From Phycisphaerae bacterium (lineage in GTDB: Bacteria > Planctomycetota > Phycisphaerae > UBA1845 > Fen-1342): a stretch of 64,000 nucleotides of DNA. Where the stretch lies: positions 32,001 to 96,000 of the forward strand of contig JASFQK010000019.1 in NCBI GenBank assembly GCA_050115495.1, written 5' to 3'. Made by a program: the position numbers and the translations under genes. The notes under the pieces are model-generated. The model made no database searches. It saw nothing but the letters and a program-made list of their open reading frames with translations, and was not told where the DNA came from. Shown here in pieces: positions 19,173 to 27,108 of the stretch (positions are counted from its first letter, which is position 1; every line of letters begins with the position of its first letter).

Positions 19173-20306
19173 ATGCACCTGACGCTGCACCTGACGACGG
19201 CCTGCAACATGCGGTGCTCGTACTGCTATGCGCCGCCCAGGGACGGGGCGCCCATGAGCGAGGACGTCGCCCGCGCCGCCGTCGATCTCGGGGCCCGCCT
19301 GTCCACCGGCTCGTGCGGCATCGTCTTCTTCGGCGGCGAGCCGCTGCTGTGCAAGGAGCGCATCGCCGACACCGTCGCCTACGCCCGCCGGCGGGAACGC
19401 GACGGTGACCAGCGCTACCACTTCAAGATCACGACGAACGGCCTGGCCCTTGACGATGACTGGCTGGATTACGCCATCCGCAACGACATCCTCGTCGCCA
19501 TGAGCTTCGACGGCGTGCGGGCGGCACACGACGCGCACCGGCGATTGCCGAACGGCCGCAGCTCGTACGATGTGCTGCTCGCCCGGCTCAAGGCTCTGCT
19601 GGCCGTTCGCCCGTACGCCAGCGTGCTGACCACGGTGAACCCGGACACGGCCCAGTACCTGGCCGAGTCGATCGAGCTGCTCATCGACCTCGACGTGCGC
19701 TACCCCATCGTCTCGCCGAACTACGCCGGCGACTGGACCGAAGCCGACTTCCGCGTGCTCCAGAAGCAGTACCAGCGGCTCGGCCGGCGTTACATCGAGT
19801 GGACGCGGGCTGGGCGCAAGTTCTACCTCAGCCCGTTCGAGGTGAAGCTGTCGTCGCACATCAACCGGCACTGCTGGCAGAAGGAGCGCTGCGAACTGGC
19901 CCAGCGGCAGATCTCCGTCGACCCGCAGGGCTACCTGTTCCCGTGCGTGCAATTCCCGCGGGCCGGGAAGGACAGCCGCTGGTGCATCGGCCACGTCTCG
20001 ACCGGGATCGACGAAACGGCGCGCCAGGCGCTGCACGATGAATCGGAGGCGGAGAAGGAAACCTGTCGCGGCTGCGCTCTAGCCGACCGTTGCCACAACA
20101 CCTGCGGCTGCCTGAACTGGCAGACGACCGGCACGGTCAACGGCATCTCGCCGGTGCTCTGCCGCCACGAGCAGATGCTGATCCCCATCGCCGACCGCGT
20201 GGGCGAGAAGCTGTACAAGAAGCGGGACCCGCTGTTCCTGCACAAGCACTACAACTCGGCGTACCCGGTACTGTCGCTGCTGGAAGATGTGCTGGTGAAG
20301 AAATGA
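19173..20306 (+). CDS. Radical SAM/SPASM domain protein (anSME/peptide-maturase-like)
   Basis: CNMRCSYC, FFGGEPLL, ITTNG, MSFDG..HD..R; SPASM cysteines in CELAQRQISVDPQGYLFPC and CRGCALADRCHNTCGC...LC. Confidence 0.95.
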   Translation: MHLTLHLTTACNMRCSYCYAPPRDGAPMSEDVARAAVDLGARLSTGSCGIVFFGGEPLLCKERIADTVAYARRRERDGDQRYHFKITTNGLALDDDWLDYAIRNDILVAMSFDGVRAAHDAHRRLPNGRSSYDVLLARLKALLAVRPYASVLTTVNPDTAQYLAESIELLIDLDVRYPIVSPNYAGDWTEADFRVLQKQYQRLGRRYIEWTRAGRKFYLSPFEVKLSSHINRHCWQKERCELAQRQISVDPQGYLFPCVQFPRAGKDSRWCIGHVSTGIDETARQALHDESEAEKETCRGCALADRCHNTCGCLNWQTTGTVNGISPVLCRHEQMLIPIADRVGEKLYKKRDPLFLHKHYNSAYPVLSLLEDVLVKK

Positions 20307-20821
20307 GCGTGCACACGGTGGTGGGGACGGCGCTGCGGCTGACCCGCCGGACGGTCATCGTGCTGCTGTTCCTGGCTGCGCTGGCGACGCTGGGGACGGG
20401 CATCGTCAGCTACTGGCAGGGCATTCCCGGCGACACGTTGTGGATCAACACCGAGGATGAACAGCCCCGCGTATACGTGGCGATGATCCGCGGCGACCTG
20501 CACGCCGTGTACTCCCGGCCGAGCAACGCCGGGGCGTCGCGGTACCGGCAGGATCTCGGGCCGTTCATGTACAAGCACGTGGGCATCGGCAGCATCGACG
20601 CGGTCGGCGTGAGTCTGCCGTTCTGGTCGCTGTTCGCCGTGCTGCTCTTCATCCCCCTGCTGGCCTTTGTCAGCGGCCCGGTCCGCCGGTGGCGATGGCG
20701 CCGGCAGGGCCGCTGCCTCCACTGCGGCTACAACCTGACCGGCCTGGCGGAGCTGCGCTGCCCGGAGTGCGGGCAGCCGTTCAAGCCGCGGTCGGCTTCC
20801 GCAACAGCCGATAAGCAGTAG
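20303..20821 (+). CDS. Membrane protein with C-terminal zinc ribbon
   Basis: ATGA overlap with rSAM stop; two hydrophobic segments; RRWRWRRQGRCLHCGYNLTGLAELRCPECG. Confidence 0.8.
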   Translation: MSVHTVVGTALRLTRRTVIVLLFLAALATLGTGIVSYWQGIPGDTLWINTEDEQPRVYVAMIRGDLHAVYSRPSNAGASRYRQDLGPFMYKHVGIGSIDAVGVSLPFWSLFAVLLFIPLLAFVSGPVRRWRWRRQGRCLHCGYNLTGLAELRCPECGQPFKPRSASATADKQ

Positions 20822-21042
20822 ATCCGCCGGCCGGGGCATCGTCCGCGGCACTCCGGGCGCGAGCGACTTCGGACCCGGCGTGCTTGTCGGCGGCGGGGGG
20901 CGGTAGAATAGTGCGGCTCGTCCGAGCCTCTCGACGCCGAGGGGGCGGCGGCGGCTGAAGAGTCGATGACGCCGGGAGTCGGCGTCCGGACGATGAACCT
21001 GCCTGAGTACAGCTACATCCTGAACGAGAAAGGGAAGTCGTA

Positions 21043-21591
21043 GTGACCCTGCAACTGCTCGCCATATGCGTGCTCATTGTCATCGCGCGCATCGCCGACG
21101 TTTCGCTCGGCACCATTCGCACCATCTGCGTCGTCCAGGGACGGGCGGCGCTCGCCTGGGTGCTGGCTTTCATGGAGATCCTCATCTGGATCTTCGTCGT
21201 GTCGAGAGTGATCACGAACCTGGATACGCCGGCCTACGCCATCGCCTATGCGCTCGGCTACGCCACGGGCAACTTCGTCGGCATCACGCTGGAGAAACGC
21301 CTCGCCTTCGGCCGGCAGGTGGTACGCATCTTCACGCGGGCGGCCGGGACCGTGCCCCGGCTGCGCGAGCTGGGCTATCGCGTCACCGAATTCACGGGCC
21401 GCGGCCGCGACGGCGCGGTCGAACTGCTGTTCATCGAGACCACCCGGCGGGAGGCACCGCGCCTGCTGGAATGCGCCGCCGAAGCTGACCCGCAGTGCTA
21501 CTACCTGGTGGACGACATCCGCCTGGCGGCCAACCCGGCGGCCCTGCGCCAGCGCTCCACCGGCTGGTGGGGCGTGTTCAAGAAGAAGTAG
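21043..21591 (+). CDS. UPF0316 (DUF5698/DUF2179) membrane protein
   Basis: IARIADVSLGTIRTI, FMEILIW, AYALGYATGNFVG, GYRVTEFTGRGRDG. Confidence 0.85.
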   Translation: MTLQLLAICVLIVIARIADVSLGTIRTICVVQGRAALAWVLAFMEILIWIFVVSRVITNLDTPAYAIAYALGYATGNFVGITLEKRLAFGRQVVRIFTRAAGTVPRLRELGYRVTEFTGRGRDGAVELLFIETTRREAPRLLECAAEADPQCYYLVDDIRLAANPAALRQRSTGWWGVFKKK

Positions 21592-21672
21592 ACATAACGT
21601 GTGGCGAACGATGGCGGCGTCCCCCCGGAGGCAAACCGGCTCCGGGGGACCGGGTGCGCGCGGGCAACGGTC

Positions 21673-22575
21673 TCACCGCCACCGACAATGCACGATGGTC
21701 ATGACCCGTAGCAGACGGTTCGCCCAGATCATGAGCCGCGTCGACGTGGGGATCTTTCCCAAACGCAGGCCGCGGAAGTACTCGAACTGCTCAACCAACG
21801 TGAGGTTCGCCCCCCACTGATCGAGAGCGCGTGCATCCTTCAACGCCCACTGAATGACCGCGGCTTCCATGCCCGCCTGGCGGAGCATCGCGTTGGCCTT
21901 TTCGGCACCGCGCGGCGATATCGCATCGAAGACGATCTCCGCGCCCGGGAAAGCCGTCCCCATCCGGCGTAGCAGCGACATTGCCTCGTCCTGCCGGAAG
22001 TAGCACAGCACGCCCCCCGCCACGAACAACAGCGCCGTGCGATCGCCCAGGTCCTGCCCCATCCACGCATCGTCCAGCAGGGAAGCCGCCAGGCAACGGG
22101 ACCGCTCCGTCTCCGGAATCACGTGTCGCCGAAGCGCGATAACTTCCGGCAGGTCCAGATCGATCCACCGTACGCGGCCGTTGTCGACCCTGGCGAACGT
22201 CGTGTCCAGGCCCGCTCCGAGATTCACCACGGTGCCCGCCGGGTGGCGAGCCAGAAACGCCCGGATCTTCTCGTCGAACTGCCGCGCCCGCGCCGCCCAA
22301 CTGATGTTCTTCGAGTAGTCCAGTGTGGCCTGGAGCCGCGAGAAGTCGTACTTGAGCCGGCGAATGATCTCGACGGCCTGCTGGTCCGACAGGACGGGGC
22401 TGCCGGCCAGACACAACTGCGCCCGCCCCCACAGAGGAAGCAGCAGCGTCTCCGGAACGTCGCAGAGCGCGATCTCGACCCCGTCCACAGCCGTCTCCGT
22501 TGTCTTGTTACCGCCGAGTGTATTCACCGCGCTCTCGGCGGATTGTGCCTCGCCGAACGGGCGCAGGCGCCTCAC
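21673..22575 (-). CDS. Class I SAM-dependent methyltransferase (leucine carboxyl methyltransferase-like)
   Basis: VPETLLLPLWGRA, VVNLGAGLDT, WIDLDLPEVI, GVLCYF; true start may be downstream of 22575. Confidence 0.9.
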   Translation of the reverse strand: MRRLRPFGEAQSAESAVNTLGGNKTTETAVDGVEIALCDVPETLLLPLWGRAQLCLAGSPVLSDQQAVEIIRRLKYDFSRLQATLDYSKNISWAARARQFDEKIRAFLARHPAGTVVNLGAGLDTTFARVDNGRVRWIDLDLPEVIALRRHVIPETERSRCLAASLLDDAWMGQDLGDRTALLFVAGGVLCYFRQDEAMSLLRRMGTAFPGAEIVFDAISPRGAEKANAMLRQAGMEAAVIQWALKDARALDQWGANLTLVEQFEYFRGLRLGKIPTSTRLMIWANRLLRVMTIVHCRWR

Positions 22576-24758
22576 TCTCCGTGGTACTTCAACACCGTGT
22601 CCAGCACCCGGTAACGACTGTGCACGTCCGAGCGTAACGACTGTGGCGACACGTTCGAGCCCTGGCCGACGCGCCGGAGATTCTCCGCCGCCAGGTCGGC
22701 GGCCGCATGATAGAGCTCGAGCGCCCGCGCCTCGCAGTTCGTCGCTCCGAGCACGAGCAGTCGCTCCGCCAATTGCAGATGCACGTGGGCCGCGGCGCCC
22801 AGCGCGTACTTGGAGACCCAGGTGCCGTCCGACTGCTTGCGCTCGGCGTCGAGACGATGGCAGTCGATCAGCGCTCGCGCCGGTGCGTCCAGTGCCGCCG
22901 CGTCGGCCACGCCGTAGCAGGCGTTGAACAGCGCCTCGTACGCGCCGGTCCAGTACGGATGACCGGCCTCCAGCGACGAAGCACGCAGATACTCGATCGC
23001 CCGCTCGGCCGCGCGACGGGCGTCCTCATGGTGCTGGCAATGGCGAGAGAGCTTCTTCGCCAGCGAAGCGTGGTGGTCGCCAAGATTGCTCTGGTGTCTC
23101 CGTTGGGTGGCCGCGTCCGCCCGGTCCGACGAGTCGCCGAAGTAGCCGCCCGAGGCGCCCGTGCGCAGCGCGTTCTCAGTATTGCTGATAGCCTGCCGGT
23201 TCTTGTCGATCGCCTCGGTGTCCCGCTCGGTCACCGTGAACGTGCAGGTGACCTGCTGCGGGGCGACGCGCGGGATATCGACCGGCGTGAAGGTGATCGT
23301 GAACGTGCCCTGCTTCACCGGGATGGACGCCCGGAACTCCGCGGAGGTCGTGTCCGGCCGCACGTCGCCCCACAGGTAGAACGTCCGGCCGGCGGCCACT
23401 TCGGCCTTGATGTGATACAGCCCGGGCGGCAGATTCGACGGCAGCACCGGGATCTTCACGACACAAGCCAACCCTTCCCCATCCAGGTTGCGTTCGGTCA
23501 GCGCGCCCGCCTCGGGACGGTCCACCACAAGCTGGCAGACGGGTTCCTCGCGTCGCGCCGACGCACCGGCGGGGCTGAACGTTACGGCGGATGAGGTGAC
23601 CCGCTCGCCCCCCGGCAGCAACACGTCGTACGCGATCTCATACGTGCCGGCGAACCCCGCGTCCTCGCTGACCGTCAGATAGAACGGTCCTTCACGCTGC
23701 ACCGGCGGCGCTTCCTGCGCACCTTCCGGCTCCATCGCCGCGGCCATCCCGGGGTGCATCTCGAGCGTGACGTCGGGCCGGCGCAGGGCGATGTCGTATC
23801 CGGGCTCGATGTACGCCACCTGTCGCGGGCCCGGGAACCGGTCCCATGGCGAGCGCATCTGCTCGCTCGGGCCGACCGTGACGCGCGTCACGCGAACCGT
23901 TGCCGCCGCTCCGGCGGTCTCCTCGAACTCAACGTAGAACCGCCAGACGATACGGCGCGACGGCGCCAGGCCACTCGGCTCTGACGATTCCACGCCGACG
24001 ATCCGCGTAATCACTTCCGGCCGCGCATCGGTCGCTGGCGGCGTCGCCGGCGGCTGCGGGTCGGGCGGCTGGGCAGCTTCCGGCGATTGTGCCGCTTCCG
24101 CCGCGTCTTCCTGTCGACCGCGAGCCACGGCAATCCGCTCGACCAGCCGCGCTTTTTCGTCTGCCAGCCGCGCCGCGTACTCGGTCAACTGCGTCTGGTG
24201 CAGGGTCATCAGCCGGATCCCCGGGCGCAGGACGTTCTGCACGTGCATCCCCCACTGGTGCACGTTTCGCTGGACCGATTCCACGTCCTGGTAGTACCGG
24301 GGCGAGTCCTCGCCCTCGACCGGCAGTCCGTCCCGCAGCAACCGATCGTTCAACTCGTCGATGATGCGCTGACGCCGCCGCGGGTAGTTGTTCTGGAAAT
24401 CGAAGTAGTCATCAATGTTGGCCAACGCTCGGTCCAGCGGGTGCCACCCGCTCGGCTGGTTCTCGTAGTACCGCCGCCGCGCTTCTTCCAATTCCGTCAG
24501 CGGTTGCAGGAACCTGTTGCCGGCGGCGATAAGCGACTCGTCCGTCCTGGCCTCGTTCTTCGCGTTCTCCAGATTGGTGGCCAGATCGCGAAGAGACTGC
24601 TGAACCCGCTCCCGCTCCTTCTTCAGCAAGGCGAGCTCTTTCTGCAAAGCGTCGATCTGCTCCGGCGGCTGGCGGTCGTCCGCTGTGACGGCCATCGGCA
24701 TCGCCGCCGCCAGAACGGCCAGCGTGATCCAGGTGCGTGAACGTGCAAGGAACATCAT
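22572..24758 (-). CDS. Large secreted hypothetical protein (coiled-coil N-part, beta-rich middle, TPR-like helical C-part)
   Basis: Signal peptide MMFLARSRTWITLAVLAAAMPMAVTA at 24758, ATGA-coupled to the ankyrin gene stop. Confidence 0.75.
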   Translation of the reverse strand: MMFLARSRTWITLAVLAAAMPMAVTADDRQPPEQIDALQKELALLKKERERVQQSLRDLATNLENAKNEARTDESLIAAGNRFLQPLTELEEARRRYYENQPSGWHPLDRALANIDDYFDFQNNYPRRRQRIIDELNDRLLRDGLPVEGEDSPRYYQDVESVQRNVHQWGMHVQNVLRPGIRLMTLHQTQLTEYAARLADEKARLVERIAVARGRQEDAAEAAQSPEAAQPPDPQPPATPPATDARPEVITRIVGVESSEPSGLAPSRRIVWRFYVEFEETAGAAATVRVTRVTVGPSEQMRSPWDRFPGPRQVAYIEPGYDIALRRPDVTLEMHPGMAAAMEPEGAQEAPPVQREGPFYLTVSEDAGFAGTYEIAYDVLLPGGERVTSSAVTFSPAGASARREEPVCQLVVDRPEAGALTERNLDGEGLACVVKIPVLPSNLPPGLYHIKAEVAAGRTFYLWGDVRPDTTSAEFRASIPVKQGTFTITFTPVDIPRVAPQQVTCTFTVTERDTEAIDKNRQAISNTENALRTGASGGYFGDSSDRADAATQRRHQSNLGDHHASLAKKLSRHCQHHEDARRAAERAIEYLRASSLEAGHPYWTGAYEALFNACYGVADAAALDAPARALIDCHRLDAERKQSDGTWVSKYALGAAAHVHLQLAERLLVLGATNCEARALELYHAAADLAAENLRRVGQGSNVSPQSLRSDVHSRYRVLDTVLKYHGE

Positions 24759-25774
24759 GGCGTACCTCCCGTCGGCGCAGCGCCGCCGCGGATCGTCGTA
24801 ACGTCGGGCACGCGACGCACATCGTCGATCGCCCACGCCGTATCCGTGCGTTTGAACCGCCCTTCCAGAATGAACGTCACGTCGCCGACCAGCGAATCCG
24901 CGCCGTACCGGACCGCGGCGGTGGCCGTGGCGGTCAGGCCGCTGACGCTGATCTCTTTGACGGTGAATTCCACCCAGCGCGGAAAGCTCTCCGGCAACTG
25001 CTTGCACCGTTCGGGCGTCAACGTGGCCTTCATGGCCTCGTCCTGGCCGTCGCGGACCGCAGTCAGAAACTCGTTCCAACACTTCTGCACGGCGAGCGTG
25101 TCGCGCGGCGGCTTCGCCTTCTTCGCGGCGGCCTGGAGAATCGGCTGCAGCGGGCTGCCCTCGCTGAGATCGATGGGCGTGACGCCCTGCCGATCCCGTA
25201 GCGACGGATCCGCCCCGGCCCGCAACAGGGCCTGGATAGCGAAGTCCTCCTGGGCGAGCACGGTGAGGTGCAGCGGAGTCACCCCGTCGTTGCAGGTCGC
25301 GTTGACGTCGGCGCCGCACTCCACCAGCGCGTTCAGCGCCGCGACGCGCTGAACGGCCGCCAGATGGAGCGCCGTGCGTCCCTCGTGATCCCGCGCTTCC
25401 AGCAACCGCACATGCAGCGGCGTGGAAGGCGCGTCGAAGATCGACCCGCCCTGCATGACCCCCTTCTTCTCTGTCGTCTTGACCAGCAGGCGAATTACGT
25501 CCGCCTGATTGGCACCGGCGGCATGATGCAGCGCCGTCCACCCATCGCCGTCCCGGGCGAGCACATCGACGCTGCTCTCCAGCGGCATGTCGCCGCCAAG
25601 CAGCGTCCGAAGGGTCGCCATATCGCCGACGGCGGCCGCGGCGTGCAGCGGCGGAAGTTGAGCACTGGCCGGGTCACTCGCCGGCGTGGCGGCCGGCGGC
25701 TCGGCCAGGCTCACCGCTACGAGCCATGCCAGAGCGGCTGCGGCCGCGGTCCGGCACACATTCCGTTTACTCAT
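24755..25774 (-). CDS. Secreted ankyrin repeat protein
   Basis: Signal peptide; PPLHAAA, GWTALHHAA, GRTALHLAA, GADVNA..DGVTPLH, GADP..GVTP. Confidence 0.9.
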   Translation of the reverse strand: MSKRNVCRTAAAAALAWLVAVSLAEPPAATPASDPASAQLPPLHAAAAVGDMATLRTLLGGDMPLESSVDVLARDGDGWTALHHAAGANQADVIRLLVKTTEKKGVMQGGSIFDAPSTPLHVRLLEARDHEGRTALHLAAVQRVAALNALVECGADVNATCNDGVTPLHLTVLAQEDFAIQALLRAGADPSLRDRQGVTPIDLSEGSPLQPILQAAAKKAKPPRDTLAVQKCWNEFLTAVRDGQDEAMKATLTPERCKQLPESFPRWVEFTVKEISVSGLTATATAAVRYGADSLVGDVTFILEGRFKRTDTAWAIDDVRRVPDVTTIRGGAAPTGGTP

Positions 25775-25964
25775 GTTTTCACCTCGCTACGGAGGGGCGG
25801 GCCCGCCCCGAAGGACAGTGGTCATGCGACGTGGGCGGCGTAACGTCCGGTAACGGACACTGTCCGACATTGCCGCCACGCCGTGTCGGCATTGTACACC
25901 CTCGATACCCGCTAACAACGTCGCGATGCGTGCAGCGTCGTGGCGCGGGAGCGGAGCTGGACGG

Positions 25965-26810
25965 CTAGACAGCAGGCTTCCACTGCGGCCCCATCACCAG
26001 CAGTGGATTGGGCAGCGTGGACTGGACCTTCTCCAGGTTGCTGCCGAAGACCAGTTCCTGAATCAGCCGGTGGCCGGCGGCGCCGATCACGACCAGCGCA
26101 TCGTGCGGCACGGCCCACAGATTCTCTTCGAGCGTCCCATGTTCGAATTGCGTCCAGTGCACGTCGGGGCCGCCCACGCGGTCGGCGAGGCCGGCGTCCG
26201 CCAGCGACTTCTCGCACTCGGCCCGCGTTGTACCGTGCAACTGCGTGAAGACCGTGCACGGCACCCTGGCTTGGTCGGCGACGGACAGCGCCAGCTTGAT
26301 CGCGTTCGCTCCCAGCGGCGACCCGCCGAAGAACGCGGCCACGCTCTTCCACCGCTTGCAGGTCATGCTCGGAATCAGCACTGGGAACGGCGCATGCTTC
26401 ACAATGCTGCGCACCTTGGGCCCAATGTGCCCCAGCCCGATGCGCCCGGACTGCGCACTAACCACGCGCGGACAGCCCATGAACTGGAAGTCCGGCGGCA
26501 GCTCCGGCAGATCCCGGGCGGCGCACACCGCCGGCGTCACGAACTCGTATTTCACTCCCGTACCGTCGAGCACCTCTGCGGCGTGAGCGCGGGCTGTATC
26601 GGGACTGAACAGATACGACTGGTCCAGAAACACGATGACCTCGGTGGTCCCGAACCGCAGATTGAAGCGCGGGTGCATGGGAACGTAGACCGCCAGTGAC
26701 AGCCCGGTATGCTGCTGGCAGAAGTACGCCGACTGCAGGAGCGTCTCCCGCCCGAACGGGGTGTTCCGAAAAACATGAAGCATCTGATTCAGCATCGCAG
26801 CTCCCTGCAT
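25965..26810 (-). CDS. Universal stress protein (tandem USP-like)
   Basis: C-terminal VVIGAAGHRLIQELVFGSNLEKV..LPNPLLV and internal IGPKVRSIVKHAPFPVLI; start 26810, 26795 or 26783. Confidence 0.8.
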   Translation of the reverse strand: MQGAAMLNQMLHVFRNTPFGRETLLQSAYFCQQHTGLSLAVYVPMHPRFNLRFGTTEVIVFLDQSYLFSPDTARAHAAEVLDGTGVKYEFVTPAVCAARDLPELPPDFQFMGCPRVVSAQSGRIGLGHIGPKVRSIVKHAPFPVLIPSMTCKRWKSVAAFFGGSPLGANAIKLALSVADQARVPCTVFTQLHGTTRAECEKSLADAGLADRVGGPDVHWTQFEHGTLEENLWAVPHDALVVIGAAGHRLIQELVFGSNLEKVQSTLPNPLLVMGPQWKPAV

Positions 26811-27108
26811 AAGCGTGGAACTTGTGGATCGGCGCGGGCTGCGCGCGCCGAACTCCGCCCGGCGTGAGCGGGTCGAAGCCGCCGTACATGGCGAGCCACC
26901 AACCTAGTATAGCTGCGGCCCGTGGGCGCGCCACGTTCGTCACGCCGCGGGCCCGGGCGCGACGCCGGTGCCGTGCTGGCCGCCCGGCGCCCGTGTGGGT
27001 ACCCTGTTAGACCGCACGATCGGGTCCGACGTTGTGGACGAAATCGTCGGAATGGATCGGCGGCGAGCGTATCCGCGCCCCACTGAGCTTTGCCTGACCA
27101 GACCCCTG

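Noticed and set aside
22572..25541. 989-aa ORF as a single protein
   Set aside because: Its first ~260 codons overlap the ankyrin gene in another frame; a signal peptide and ATGA coupling place the real start at 24758.
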